A stretch of 40,861 nt of DNA, from UHGV virus genome UHGV-0129603. The stretch is one strand, 5' to 3'. Of the stretch, positions 27,969-37,978 are shown piece after piece. The notes under the pieces were generated by a model. That model worked only from the letters and a program-made list of their open reading frames with translations, was not told the origin of the DNA and did not search any database. The stretch's first letter is position 1. The number at the start of each line of letters is the position of its first letter. Origin of the DNA: a virus. A program made the translations under genes and the position numbers.

Positions 27969-30900
27969 ATGTTTAACAAAGATGATGAAGAATATAAGAA
28001 AAAATTAAAAGAAGCACAAGCAATTAGAATGTCAGCAGGTATGATTACATCAGCAGATAATCAATATGATATATCTAATCAAGGTTTAACTGATGATTAC
28101 CAAGCAAAATTACAAAGAGCAAGACAAATAAGAAACTTTGCTGGTATGACTACTGCAAGAGATACTGAAACAGATACTAACAGAATAAAACAAAAGATGG
28201 ACGCGCTTTGGACTAACAATAATGATACAAACAATATCGCACAAGATAATATAATAAATAAGACGGAAAATTCACAAGTAGATGGTAAATACGGCTTGGG
28301 TAATATTGATTTAACGAACAGACCAGTTGTAAAAAATGAAGATGGCTCTATTAGTACATTACGAAGTATAAGCTTCAAAGATGATAGTGGAAAAGAAATT
28401 CTTATACCAACGGTTGTAAATGGTAAAGTAGTTTCAGATGATGAAGCTATACAGCATTACCATAAAACTGGAGAGTATCTAGGTAAATTTGATACTGTAG
28501 AACAAGCAAACACTTACGCAGAGCAACTACATAAACAGCAAGAAAAAACATATGGCAATTACGAGAACATAAATAATATTCCTGAAAAATATGCAACCAT
28601 TGCAAGTTATATGCAAAATGTGCAAAATCAAAGAAATCAATTATATGAGAATATTAAAAAACAAAATATTACTCAAGAGCAAATGTTGAATTATAGTCTG
28701 CAAAAACAAAAAGAGGAAAAAGACAGTCAAAATATATTTGAAAAAGGTGGAACATGGATAAAAGACTTTATAGGGACTTTAGCTGTAGATGTTAAAAATC
28801 TAGGCACCGGAATATATAAATCCGCCAAAGAACACATGAAAGAACGTAAAGAAGCTGTAAACCACATGGAAAATGTTGAGTTAAAGAACGCTGGCAACTT
28901 GAATATAAAAAATTCGAAACCTAAAGAACTTTTAATTGTTGATGATACAATACAAGATATAACAAATGGGAATATTAATGGAGCCATAGAAACAGTCAAT
29001 AATTTTTTAAATTCTATATCTTTTGGAGCAATTTCTAAAAATGCTATACCAGAAGTAAAAGATTTTTCTACCTTAAAAGATACAGAGAAATATGGAAATT
29101 ATTCATCTGATGAGGAACTGACAAAAACTCTTCAAAAAAATAAAAAAGAGGATCTATTAAGAGCTAATTTATATAACACTAGTGCTAATCAATGGGCTGA
29201 TGCAGGCTTTAAAATAGGAATGTATGCCTTATTAAAAAAAGCCGGTTTAGGAAGTACAGCAAGTATGGTTACTGCTGGAGCATTAGACACATATAGTCAA
29301 ACAGGAAGCTATAAAGAAGTAGCAAAAAATGCAGTAAGCGATTATGTATTTTCTAAGGTAGCAAATAGCAAATATATAAATGATAAATTAGGAAATAAAG
29401 TTTATACTGGAACTAAGGAAAAACTAGTTAATGCATTAAAGAAACATAGTGAACTTATAGACTCAACTACACAGGCAAAGATTTCTAATGCTTTAGCTTC
29501 TGCTGCAACGACTGCAACAACAACTGGAGTTAGTAGTTTTCTTGCAAATGAATTATCCGCTATGGGCAATTATGGAGTTGATGCATATAGTAAAGAAAAT
29601 CAAAAGAATGCAATAATAAATACCATAATTACATCTGCTATATTTGCTGGTGTTAGTGGAATTAAAGGAATGTTTGCAAAAGTTGAAACAAAAAACGCAT
29701 ACGTAAAAGATGACGTGGACGCACAACAACAGCTAAAGAACTACTATTCTATTATGGAATTAGATCCATCTAAGGAATATACTTTAGATGAAATTAATAA
29801 ACAACATAGAATACTTGCTAAGAAATACCACCCAGATGTTAACGGAAATGCTAACGATAAAATGGCTCTTATAAACAATGCATATGATGAAATAAGCAAT
29901 TACTTGAAAAATGGCACAATAAATAAAGTTGTTGTAAAGACAGAAAATACAAATACTGCACCAACGAAGGACAATATAAAGGAACAAAAAGATGGAATAA
30001 TTGTAACTAATGACGGTAGAGTTTATGTTGATACTGATAGTATTATGGAAACAACAGCTACAAATATTGCTAACTCGCAAATACAACCAGCAATTACAAC
30101 GGTAGTAGATAGCAATAATAATCTTACTGGATTTGCGAGAGTTCAGACTATTCCATTTGAAGTTAAAAATTCTAAAATACCAAGCATTACTCCAGCTATT
30201 TATATTGAAGAGAATGGTAATATAAATGTTATAGATACAAACTCTGGTACTAAGCTTCTAACACATGCAAGCAGTGCAAAGACAGCAATAGAAACAGTAA
30301 CAAAAGCATTACAAAGTGATGATGAAGCAACTTTAATGAAAATAAAAGACGAAGTTCAAAAGAACAATATTAAAGTTGAAACAGCCTTTGGTCAAATTAT
30401 AGATACTGCAAAAACAAAACTACAAGAAGATAATGGCATAGATATTAACGAGAATGGGCAAATAGCCAATAAAGAAATGCAAACATTAAATTATGTCAAT
30501 AATGATAATAATGCGGTAGAAACTCAAAATAGTAAAGAGACTAATGCATTGAATATGGAAGATAGAACTTACACGAATGTCGGTAATAAGAATATAAAAC
30601 CATATTCAGAAGAGCACCCAGAATTGGCTCAAGACATAAAAGATATGGCTGCTAACTTTATGGAGGATCTTGCTTATTCATTGCCAGGGAAAAGATATAA
30701 AGCTGGAGACACCTGGACAGGACAAAAAAGAAGTACAACAAAAGAACTAGCAGATTTTAAAGACGCAACAGGTGTAAGCTGGGATAAAATTGGAGAAGTT
30801 CTTAATGATATCTATGAAGGTAAAGGCAATTATTCCCTAGCAAAGAAAATGGAACTTGAACTAGATAAGGCTTTATCAGAAGGTTATAGAAACATATATG

Positions 30901-33900
30901 GGCAAAGCATTATGCCTAATGAAGAATATCTAAAGAAAAAGGGGCAAATAGAAGGCAAAGATTATCTTTCTATAGATAATACAAGTAGTTCTTTAGATGA
31001 TGAGGACTTAAAAATATTTGGCATGAGAAAGAAGTCAACAAATAAAGTTGCGAAGAGTTCAAATATAGAGTATAATGGAAATAGTATAAAGCTAGGAAAG
31101 AAAGAATATGCTAATATAATGTCAATTATAAATACAAATAAGCCAAATGCAAGAGGAATACAAAGTATTAGCTCGGCTGATTATTTTTATATTTATAATA
31201 GCAATGGATTTGATGATAATCAAATAATATTTAAAATAAAGATTGACGGAAATGAAGAATTTATTAGCGAATTAAGGAAGGATTTTAATAATGGAACTAT
31301 CAAGGGAACAAAAAATGTTAATTCAATACTTCAAAGCTATTGGAATGGACGAGGACTTAACGATAGCAACAATGTTAGCAATAAAAGATCAGAACAAGTC
31401 ACAAGCATTAGTGAACTATCTATCAGAAATGAACCAAAAAGGCATACAACTAAGCAAGGACGAAGTAGTCAAGAAAGCATTGGAAATAAGTCAGACCTAA
31501 AGAACTCAAATGAAAATGAGAGTTCTTTTTCTATACGAAAAAAAGAAATAACAACTATACAAAATAAAGGTTTAACCAAGACCGAATTTGATAACCATGG
31601 AAAACCAATAGCATTAAAAACTGCACAATTTTTTAAAGATAGCAAAGTCCGTGATGATAATGGTAACCTTATGGTTATGTATCATGGAACAGAAGCTAAT
31701 GTTGGAATACCAAAAGAGCATTGGTTTAATACATTTGATATTAATAAAGCAGGCAATCATGGAACCATGTTAGGTAATGGTTTTTATTTTACATCTGAAA
31801 AAACACATGCAGAACAATATGCACATACAAAAGGTAACATATATGAAGTTTACTTGAATATAAAAAAGCCATTAGATTTAAAAAACTTTAGCACCGGAGA
31901 TTTAGCATATTCTATCAGAAATATTAATCCATATATTGAGGCTGATATATACAAGAAAGACGGTACTATTGACGGTTATAAAGTAAGAGAATACCTAATT
32001 AAAAATGGCTATGATGGAATACACTCTGGTAATACCTATGTAGCTTTTTATTCTAATCAGATAAAGAATATAAATAATTCAAATCCAACTACAAGTGATG
32101 ACATTAGATATTTGAAAAAATCTACAACAACTTTAAAAATTGAAAAAGATAATCTTGGAAGAAACTTATCTAAACAACAGCAAGAATATTTTAAAAATAG
32201 TAAAGTAAGAGATGAAAATGGAAAACTAAAAGAAGTATACCATGGTACGCCTTACGACTTTAATATTTTTAAATATGATAAACTTGGCGAAAATACATCA
32301 AGTCTAGGGGCAGGTTTTTATTTTACAGATAAGAAGCAAACTGGCGAAGAGTATGCACGTGATGGTGGAAATTTAAAACAAGTATATTTAGATATTGAAA
32401 AGCCAATGAGTTATGGCAAGACAACCATGACCAAAGACGAGTATGCAAAATTTATAAAAGCGATTGATATAGAAACACATGGTAATTATTTATTGGATTA
32501 CGACGGTATTCAAAATGCATTAATGGAATACGATTATGGCGGAGATGATATTGACTTAGTTAGTGCAGTACAAAGTTCATCTGGTCTTACATGGAAAAAG
32601 ACCTTTGAACTTTTAAGGAAAACTATTGGGTATGATGGTATTATAAGTGAAAAGGGATTTTTAAATAACGATGAAACCTTGTATGTAGCATTTAATTCTA
32701 ATCAGATTAAGAATATAGACAATAAGACTCCAACAGGTAACGAAGATATAAGGTATTTGAAGAAAACAAATAACAATAATCCTGTAGATGAAAATATACA
32801 AAAAGAATTGCATAATAGAATACAAAATGCTCTATTAAGCAAAAATTCAAGGAAAAATACATTTTTAGGAATAATTCATGAAAAAGCTGTTAATACAATA
32901 AAATCATTACTTGGAGTTGATGTATCAGGAAGAAAACACATGTTGTCGGATTATGATATAAGACATATGATTAAACAACATGGAAATTCAGAAATAGAAA
33001 AAACTAAAGGACAAATTGCAATAACACTAGAAGATATTGAAAAAATACCTGATATTATTAATAATTATGATAATCTTACTAAGGGTAGTCCGAATAAAAA
33101 TGTATTTACGAAGCAAATGCAGGATTCTATACGTTATTCAAAACAATATGGAAATAATACTTTATATGTTGTTGAAGTGGTACCAGATGAAAGTGGTGTA
33201 CTTAATGTAAAAACAATGTGGAAAAAATCTATTGAAACAAATAAAAAGAATAACTCTGTTAGTGTAAGTCATGACAATAATATTGTCCCTCCTTATACGT
33301 CCGAGACGAAACCTAACTCAAGTTATTCTAAAGATAGTATACCACAAAATACAGAAAATGTAAATCCAGAACAATATAACAATTATTCTCAACAAGAATT
33401 AGAAAATATGAAAAACTCAAAAACAATACGAATTGCTAACAGTAAAGATGATGTAATTAACTTCATTGAAACAGCTAAAAAGGTACCTAATAATCTAAAA
33501 TTATATTTTGGAAAAGTCAGCGATAAAGTATCTTCAAAGATAAAAAATATTCTTGGAATTAATACAGACAATTACAACATTTCATTAAAATCCGATACCG
33601 TGAAACACATTTTTAAAGAACATGGAGATGCAGAAAAGGAAAATTTACGTGGTCAGCTTCCAATCACAGATGATGACATACTGAATATTGCTAACGTTAT
33701 TAATAATTATGATGACGTTCATAGTAGTGGAACAAGTGATGAAAACAAACCTTCTATAACATTTGAAAAAAATATAAATGGAAATACTGTGGTTGTAACT
33801 TATGTTTCAGATAAACATCATAATTTAGAAGTACAAACAATGTATAAATTTAAAAATAATAAAGGAGTACCTTCCACTGAAGCTAATGCATTAAATGCCC

Positions 33901-36900
33901 TAGCAACAACGTCCGAAACGGATAGTGGTACGGAAACTCCTAAAAATAGTATACCACAAAATACAGAAAATGTAAATCTAAAGTCGAAGCAAAAATTTGA
34001 TTTGGATAAGAGTAAAACTAACATTCAAAGGAAAGACTCTTTTATTGAACAAGAAATTAAAAAGGCTATAAAGAATAATGATATTGATGAAAACATTCCA
34101 CTAACTAAAATATCAGATATAGTATATGACATAGAAAAATATATTGGTTCGGATATTGAACTAAAGCACTTTAGACAGAAAGCATATGGAATATACAAAA
34201 CTAATAGAGACCTAATAAGAGTAGAGGAGAAAAGCGACTTAGATACCATATTACATGAATTTGGTCATCAATTAGATAATAGATTACACATAAATAAAGA
34301 AGAGCTATATTTAGAGCTAGTTACAGACGATATACAACATCTTTATGCAGATTGCCCAGAAGATGTTCAACTTGCTGAAGGCTTTGCTGAAATTATTAGA
34401 CAATATTTTATACAACCAGATATCGTAGAAAAAGAATTTCCTGATACAATCGAGAAAATAAATGAATTACGAGGCAATGATAAGGAACTAGATGAGTTTA
34501 TCACTAAAATACAAAAAGATATATATAATTACATTCATCAAACACCAGAAAAAAGAGCAAAGAGTAATATTTCTTTTAAAGAAGATTCGAAGATTAGTGT
34601 TAATGATCTAAAAACAAAGGGTATTGAAAAAGCTGTAACATTGTTATTTGACGAAGATTATGCCTTGAAAAAATATACAAATCTCTTATATAAGCTTGCT
34701 GGTTACCCAGAAGCAAAACAAATTAGCGCAAGTGAAGATCCTGTTATTGCAAGTAGATTAAGAAAAGGGTTAGCTGGCGCAGTTGATGACATGGTTAAGA
34801 ATGGAATAATTGACTTGAATACAGGCGAAAGAAAATCACAAGGGTTATCTGCTATAGAAGATATATTGAAAGATGAGAACATGACTGATTTCATGAACTA
34901 CCTTGTATCTCTTAGAAGTATTGAAGTCGCTGAGAAGGAACTGAAATCTGGAATACGATATGATGATGCGAAAGCAGTTGTTGACAAATATAAAAACAAT
35001 AAGAATTTTGAAAAAGCAAGAAAAATAATAGAACAATATAATAATTCCTTATTAGATTATGCAAAAGAAGCTGGTTTATATTCTAAGGCTGATATAGACT
35101 TAATAAAACAGTCTTGGCTTACATACGTTCCTTTCCAAAGAGTTATAGATAAAGGCACAGGAAAATCACAAAGGAATACAGCCAACCCTTTAAAGAAATT
35201 TAGAGGAAGTGATAGAGAAATTATTAATCCTCTCGAAGGAATAATAATGAATACTGTAAAAATAGTTGATGTTTCAAGTAAAAATGAGGTAATTAAAAGA
35301 TTTTACAATCTTGGTGAAGAGTCTCAATATACAGCAGGTATATATGATGTAATACCTCCACCAGTAAAAAATGTTGCGACGGAAAATCTAAGTGACTTTA
35401 AAGGTTATCTTAAAAGGCAGGGCGTAGAATTATCAGATGAACAACTAGAAAAAGCATACAAAATATTCTACCCAGATGTTAGAGACAACCCAAGTCAACT
35501 TATAACTTCATTTATGAATAATGGTGAGCGAATTTACTTACAATTCAAAGATGAAGATTTATATAAAATCTTCACTGGAATGAATAGACAAGAAATTAAT
35601 CTTCTTCAAAAATATATTGGATTTGCCAACTCTATATTTAAAGCAGGCACGACTGGATATAATATGGCATTTGCAATTCCAAACATTTTAAGTGATACTC
35701 AACAGGCATTCGTTACATCGGAAGCAAATTTTATACCTTTATATAGTTCAATTAAAGGTGTTTATGATGCACTTGTTGCAAGGGGAGTATTTAAGTCTGG
35801 TACAGATGACGGACAAAAAATGCAGAAAATATACTCATTGTATTTGCAAAGTGGAGCATCTGGAGCAGGAAGGACATCAACTTATAGAAAAGATATTGAA
35901 CAACAATTAGTAGATATTTATAAGAAAAAATATAAGGAATTTGGATTGAAACAAAATAGTATTAAACAATTCCAAGAAATTGCTGGATATGTATCAGAAA
36001 TTTCGGAAGAAGCAACTAGATTTGAGAACTTTGTACTTGAATTAAAAAATAATTTAACAAACAAAATGAGTTACAGAAATGCTGTGGAATCGGCTGCAAT
36101 AAGCACCAGAAGGTTAACACAAGACTTTGCTATTAAAGGAAGTCTCAGCAAACAAATAAATGCTTTTGTCCCATACTTTTCTGCTAGATTGGGTGGATAC
36201 TATAATGCATATGAAAAAATTGAAAGCACAAAGAAAAATGCTCAAAATAAATATTGGGATACTTATTATAAAAACATAGATGGTAAAAGTGAAGAAGCAT
36301 TAAAAAATCCAGAAACATTTGAAAAGGCAAAGGAAGAAGCTAACAAAGCTAAAATGAAAATAATAGCAAAACCTTTTTTTGCAATACTAGCCATACTTGC
36401 ATTTAACACAGTAAGAAAAGCAGTTGTTAAAGATGATAAAAATATTGAAGAATTATCAGAACAAAAGAAAATGGATAATTATGTATTTCCGAATCCGCTA
36501 AATGACAATGAAGTAATAACAGCTAAAAAAGCTCAAGGGCCTTTAAAGGATATAATTAATAGCACAGAGTTCGTTCAAGACTTGTTAATGGGTAATATTG
36601 AAGAAGGAAAAATCGGAGAAAGGTTTGTAAGTCTAATAAGTTCAATTCTAAAGAATAATTCTGGAGTTGATGATTTTAGCGGTTTAATTCCACCAATCAT
36701 AAAAGTACCTTTAGAAATTGCAACAAATAAAGATTGGTATTTTAATTCTGAAATAGTGAAAGACAATGACCTACAAAATTTGAAACCAGAAGATCAGTAT
36801 TATGAATATAATACGAACCTTTCAATTAAATTCGGGAAGCTATTAAAGAAATCTCCTGCACAAATTGATTTTTCTATACGAAACATCTTTGGACAAGCTT

Positions 36901-37541
36901 CTTACGATTTATGGAGTGGTTTTAGTAGTGTATTTGATTTCTTTGAAGGAAATCAAAAAGCTGATATGGGAGCAAGTAATAAATTCATATTAAAAAGGTT
37001 CTTTGCTAATCCAAACAATAACTCTGAATCTGTAAGTGATTTATATGATAAAAAAGAAGCATTGACAGTTAAGAAAAACTACAGTGAAATTACTTCAAAG
37101 GAATCAGAACAGCTACAAAATATACAAAATGCCACATCTATCATATCTAATATAAACAAAAAAATTAAGGCAATAAAAAATGACTCAAGCCTAAGCAGTC
37201 AAGAAAAAGGAGAACAAATCTTTAAGTTACAACAACAAAGAACAGATACTGCAAGACAAGCTCTTGGAAAAGAGCTAATAAATTCAGCCAATAAAACCAA
37301 GATAGAAAGTATGAAGTTCTATCCAAGTAGCTCTACCTTAAAGAACAATGGATACTCTTTAACACTTACAGATAGTATGAAGAAAGAATATGAAAAAATA
37401 GCTTATGATAGGTATAAACAATATAAAAACCAAGGACTATATAATGATACATACCTTGAAAAACTTGAAAGCACTTGTAAAGACTACGCTAAAAATGTAA
37501 TAATGCAACAATATAGAAACAAACTTGTAAAATCTAAGTAA
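27969..37541 (+). CDS. Giant polyvalent ejection protein (DnaJ, 2x ART-like, 2x PBECR-like nuclease, zincin peptidase, LPD38-like C-terminus)
   Basis: 3190 aa; HPD J-domain ~29736-29904; YHGT...GFYFT...NQIK twice (~31585-32760); IRHM..HG and VKHI..HG domains (~32860-33850); HEFGH at 34254. Confidence 0.85.
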   Translation: MFNKDDEEYKKKLKEAQAIRMSAGMITSADNQYDISNQGLTDDYQAKLQRARQIRNFAGMTTARDTETDTNRIKQKMDALWTNNNDTNNIAQDNIINKTENSQVDGKYGLGNIDLTNRPVVKNEDGSISTLRSISFKDDSGKEILIPTVVNGKVVSDDEAIQHYHKTGEYLGKFDTVEQANTYAEQLHKQQEKTYGNYENINNIPEKYATIASYMQNVQNQRNQLYENIKKQNITQEQMLNYSLQKQKEEKDSQNIFEKGGTWIKDFIGTLAVDVKNLGTGIYKSAKEHMKERKEAVNHMENVELKNAGNLNIKNSKPKELLIVDDTIQDITNGNINGAIETVNNFLNSISFGAISKNAIPEVKDFSTLKDTEKYGNYSSDEELTKTLQKNKKEDLLRANLYNTSANQWADAGFKIGMYALLKKAGLGSTASMVTAGALDTYSQTGSYKEVAKNAVSDYVFSKVANSKYINDKLGNKVYTGTKEKLVNALKKHSELIDSTTQAKISNALASAATTATTTGVSSFLANELSAMGNYGVDAYSKENQKNAIINTIITSAIFAGVSGIKGMFAKVETKNAYVKDDVDAQQQLKNYYSIMELDPSKEYTLDEINKQHRILAKKYHPDVNGNANDKMALINNAYDEISNYLKNGTINKVVVKTENTNTAPTKDNIKEQKDGIIVTNDGRVYVDTDSIMETTATNIANSQIQPAITTVVDSNNNLTGFARVQTIPFEVKNSKIPSITPAIYIEENGNINVIDTNSGTKLLTHASSAKTAIETVTKALQSDDEATLMKIKDEVQKNNIKVETAFGQIIDTAKTKLQEDNGIDINENGQIANKEMQTLNYVNNDNNAVETQNSKETNALNMEDRTYTNVGNKNIKPYSEEHPELAQDIKDMAANFMEDLAYSLPGKRYKAGDTWTGQKRSTTKELADFKDATGVSWDKIGEVLNDIYEGKGNYSLAKKMELELDKALSEGYRNIYGQSIMPNEEYLKKKGQIEGKDYLSIDNTSSSLDDEDLKIFGMRKKSTNKVAKSSNIEYNGNSIKLGKKEYANIMSIINTNKPNARGIQSISSADYFYIYNSNGFDDNQIIFKIKIDGNEEFISELRKDFNNGTIKGTKNVNSILQSYWNGRGLNDSNNVSNKRSEQVTSISELSIRNEPKRHTTKQGRSSQESIGNKSDLKNSNENESSFSIRKKEITTIQNKGLTKTEFDNHGKPIALKTAQFFKDSKVRDDNGNLMVMYHGTEANVGIPKEHWFNTFDINKAGNHGTMLGNGFYFTSEKTHAEQYAHTKGNIYEVYLNIKKPLDLKNFSTGDLAYSIRNINPYIEADIYKKDGTIDGYKVREYLIKNGYDGIHSGNTYVAFYSNQIKNINNSNPTTSDDIRYLKKSTTTLKIEKDNLGRNLSKQQQEYFKNSKVRDENGKLKEVYHGTPYDFNIFKYDKLGENTSSLGAGFYFTDKKQTGEEYARDGGNLKQVYLDIEKPMSYGKTTMTKDEYAKFIKAIDIETHGNYLLDYDGIQNALMEYDYGGDDIDLVSAVQSSSGLTWKKTFELLRKTIGYDGIISEKGFLNNDETLYVAFNSNQIKNIDNKTPTGNEDIRYLKKTNNNNPVDENIQKELHNRIQNALLSKNSRKNTFLGIIHEKAVNTIKSLLGVDVSGRKHMLSDYDIRHMIKQHGNSEIEKTKGQIAITLEDIEKIPDIINNYDNLTKGSPNKNVFTKQMQDSIRYSKQYGNNTLYVVEVVPDESGVLNVKTMWKKSIETNKKNNSVSVSHDNNIVPPYTSETKPNSSYSKDSIPQNTENVNPEQYNNYSQQELENMKNSKTIRIANSKDDVINFIETAKKVPNNLKLYFGKVSDKVSSKIKNILGINTDNYNISLKSDTVKHIFKEHGDAEKENLRGQLPITDDDILNIANVINNYDDVHSSGTSDENKPSITFEKNINGNTVVVTYVSDKHHNLEVQTMYKFKNNKGVPSTEANALNALATTSETDSGTETPKNSIPQNTENVNLKSKQKFDLDKSKTNIQRKDSFIEQEIKKAIKNNDIDENIPLTKISDIVYDIEKYIGSDIELKHFRQKAYGIYKTNRDLIRVEEKSDLDTILHEFGHQLDNRLHINKEELYLELVTDDIQHLYADCPEDVQLAEGFAEIIRQYFIQPDIVEKEFPDTIEKINELRGNDKELDEFITKIQKDIYNYIHQTPEKRAKSNISFKEDSKISVNDLKTKGIEKAVTLLFDEDYALKKYTNLLYKLAGYPEAKQISASEDPVIASRLRKGLAGAVDDMVKNGIIDLNTGERKSQGLSAIEDILKDENMTDFMNYLVSLRSIEVAEKELKSGIRYDDAKAVVDKYKNNKNFEKARKIIEQYNNSLLDYAKEAGLYSKADIDLIKQSWLTYVPFQRVIDKGTGKSQRNTANPLKKFRGSDREIINPLEGIIMNTVKIVDVSSKNEVIKRFYNLGEESQYTAGIYDVIPPPVKNVATENLSDFKGYLKRQGVELSDEQLEKAYKIFYPDVRDNPSQLITSFMNNGERIYLQFKDEDLYKIFTGMNRQEINLLQKYIGFANSIFKAGTTGYNMAFAIPNILSDTQQAFVTSEANFIPLYSSIKGVYDALVARGVFKSGTDDGQKMQKIYSLYLQSGASGAGRTSTYRKDIEQQLVDIYKKKYKEFGLKQNSIKQFQEIAGYVSEISEEATRFENFVLELKNNLTNKMSYRNAVESAAISTRRLTQDFAIKGSLSKQINAFVPYFSARLGGYYNAYEKIESTKKNAQNKYWDTYYKNIDGKSEEALKNPETFEKAKEEANKAKMKIIAKPFFAILAILAFNTVRKAVVKDDKNIEELSEQKKMDNYVFPNPLNDNEVITAKKAQGPLKDIINSTEFVQDLLMGNIEEGKIGERFVSLISSILKNNSGVDDFSGLIPPIIKVPLEIATNKDWYFNSEIVKDNDLQNLKPEDQYYEYNTNLSIKFGKLLKKSPAQIDFSIRNIFGQASYDLWSGFSSVFDFFEGNQKADMGASNKFILKRFFANPNNNSESVSDLYDKKEALTVKKNYSEITSKESEQLQNIQNATSIISNINKKIKAIKNDSSLSSQEKGEQIFKLQQQRTDTARQALGKELINSANKTKIESMKFYPSSSTLKNNGYSLTLTDSMKKEYEKIAYDRYKQYKNQGLYNDTYLEKLESTCKDYAKNVIMQQYRNKLVKSK
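31048..31076 (+). promoter_or_regulatory. Internal SigA promoter inside the giant gene
   Basis: TTGCGA-17 bp-TATAAT. Confidence 0.6.
31291..31500 (+). CDS. Nested out-of-frame small protein (69 aa), candidate immunity protein
   Basis: RBS AAGGAAGGA 31274-31282, ATG, helical protein-like sequence, hairpin directly after stop. Confidence 0.7.
   Translation: MELSREQKMLIQYFKAIGMDEDLTIATMLAIKDQNKSQALVNYLSEMNQKGIQLSKDEVVKKALEISQT
31499..31532 (+). terminator. Intrinsic terminator after the nested gene
   Basis: AAAGAACTC/GAGTTCTTT stem followed by TTCT. Confidence 0.6.
33243..33329 (-). ncRNA. Predicted antisense structured small RNA 1
   Basis: Closing stem AGAATAACT/AGTTATTCT, motif CGTCTCGGACGT, hairpin GACAATA/TATTGTC, U-tract; begins 6-7 nt after the -10. 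Confidence 0.6.
33334..33366 (-). promoter_or_regulatory. Antisense promoter, copy 1 of 33-bp repeat
   Basis: Minus strand TTTACA-17 bp-TATACT with TGTG extended -10. Confidence 0.7.
33852..33941 (-). ncRNA. Predicted antisense structured small RNA 2
   Basis: Stems AGGAGT/ACTCCT, CCACT/AGTGG, GCTA/TAGC, GCAT/ATGC; motif CGTTTCGGACGT; U-rich tail. Confidence 0.6.
33946..33978 (-). promoter_or_regulatory. Antisense promoter, copy 2 of 33-bp repeat
   Basis: Identical to 33334-33366 (ATAGTATACCACAAAATACAGAAAATGTAAATC). Confidence 0.7.
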
Positions 37542-37596
37542 GGGAGGTGTTGCCATTCATATTTACTACTAAATATTTTTAATGGAGGTAAATTTT

Positions 37597-37977
37597 ATGT
37601 TAAAAGGAATAACAGAAAATGGAGAAATGAAAAATGTAAAGTTAAGTGAGAATGGGGCAATGAAAGTAGAACTTGAAGTTAGTAAGGGTGGCTTAGAAAC
37701 CACATCAAGTAAAGATAGAGAAATTACTTTAATTGCTAGCGTGCTTAGCATTGGAACAGAGGAACAATCAATAGTAGTAAATAAAAAGGTAACATCTATA
37801 ATGGCTGCAAACTATAGTGAAACTGCTGATATTACTTTAAATGCTGGAGGCACAGATTTACAGATAGGTGCTAATCTTGCCTTAGAATTACCTGTTAATC
37901 TTCAAGTTGAAAATCTAACCATTGTTTCTACAGAAGCTGATACAAAAATTCAACTTGTTGTGAAAGGGGTTGAATAA
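37597..37977 (+). CDS. Hypothetical beta-rich virion protein
   Basis: RBS GGAGGT before ATG 37597. Confidence 0.75.
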   Translation: MLKGITENGEMKNVKLSENGAMKVELEVSKGGLETTSSKDREITLIASVLSIGTEEQSIVVNKKVTSIMAANYSETADITLNAGGTDLQIGANLALELPVNLQVENLTIVSTEADTKIQLVVKGVE

Positions 37978-37978
37978 T

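Noticed and set aside
33334..33978. 33-bp repeat as CRISPR, att site or DGR template/variable pair
   Set aside because: Only two identical copies 612 bp apart, no cas or reverse transcriptase gene, and better explained as a promoter.
35692..35910. Second nested plus-strand ORF in the giant gene
   Set aside because: No clear RBS, promoter or terminator, and it overlaps a conserved-looking part of the giant protein.
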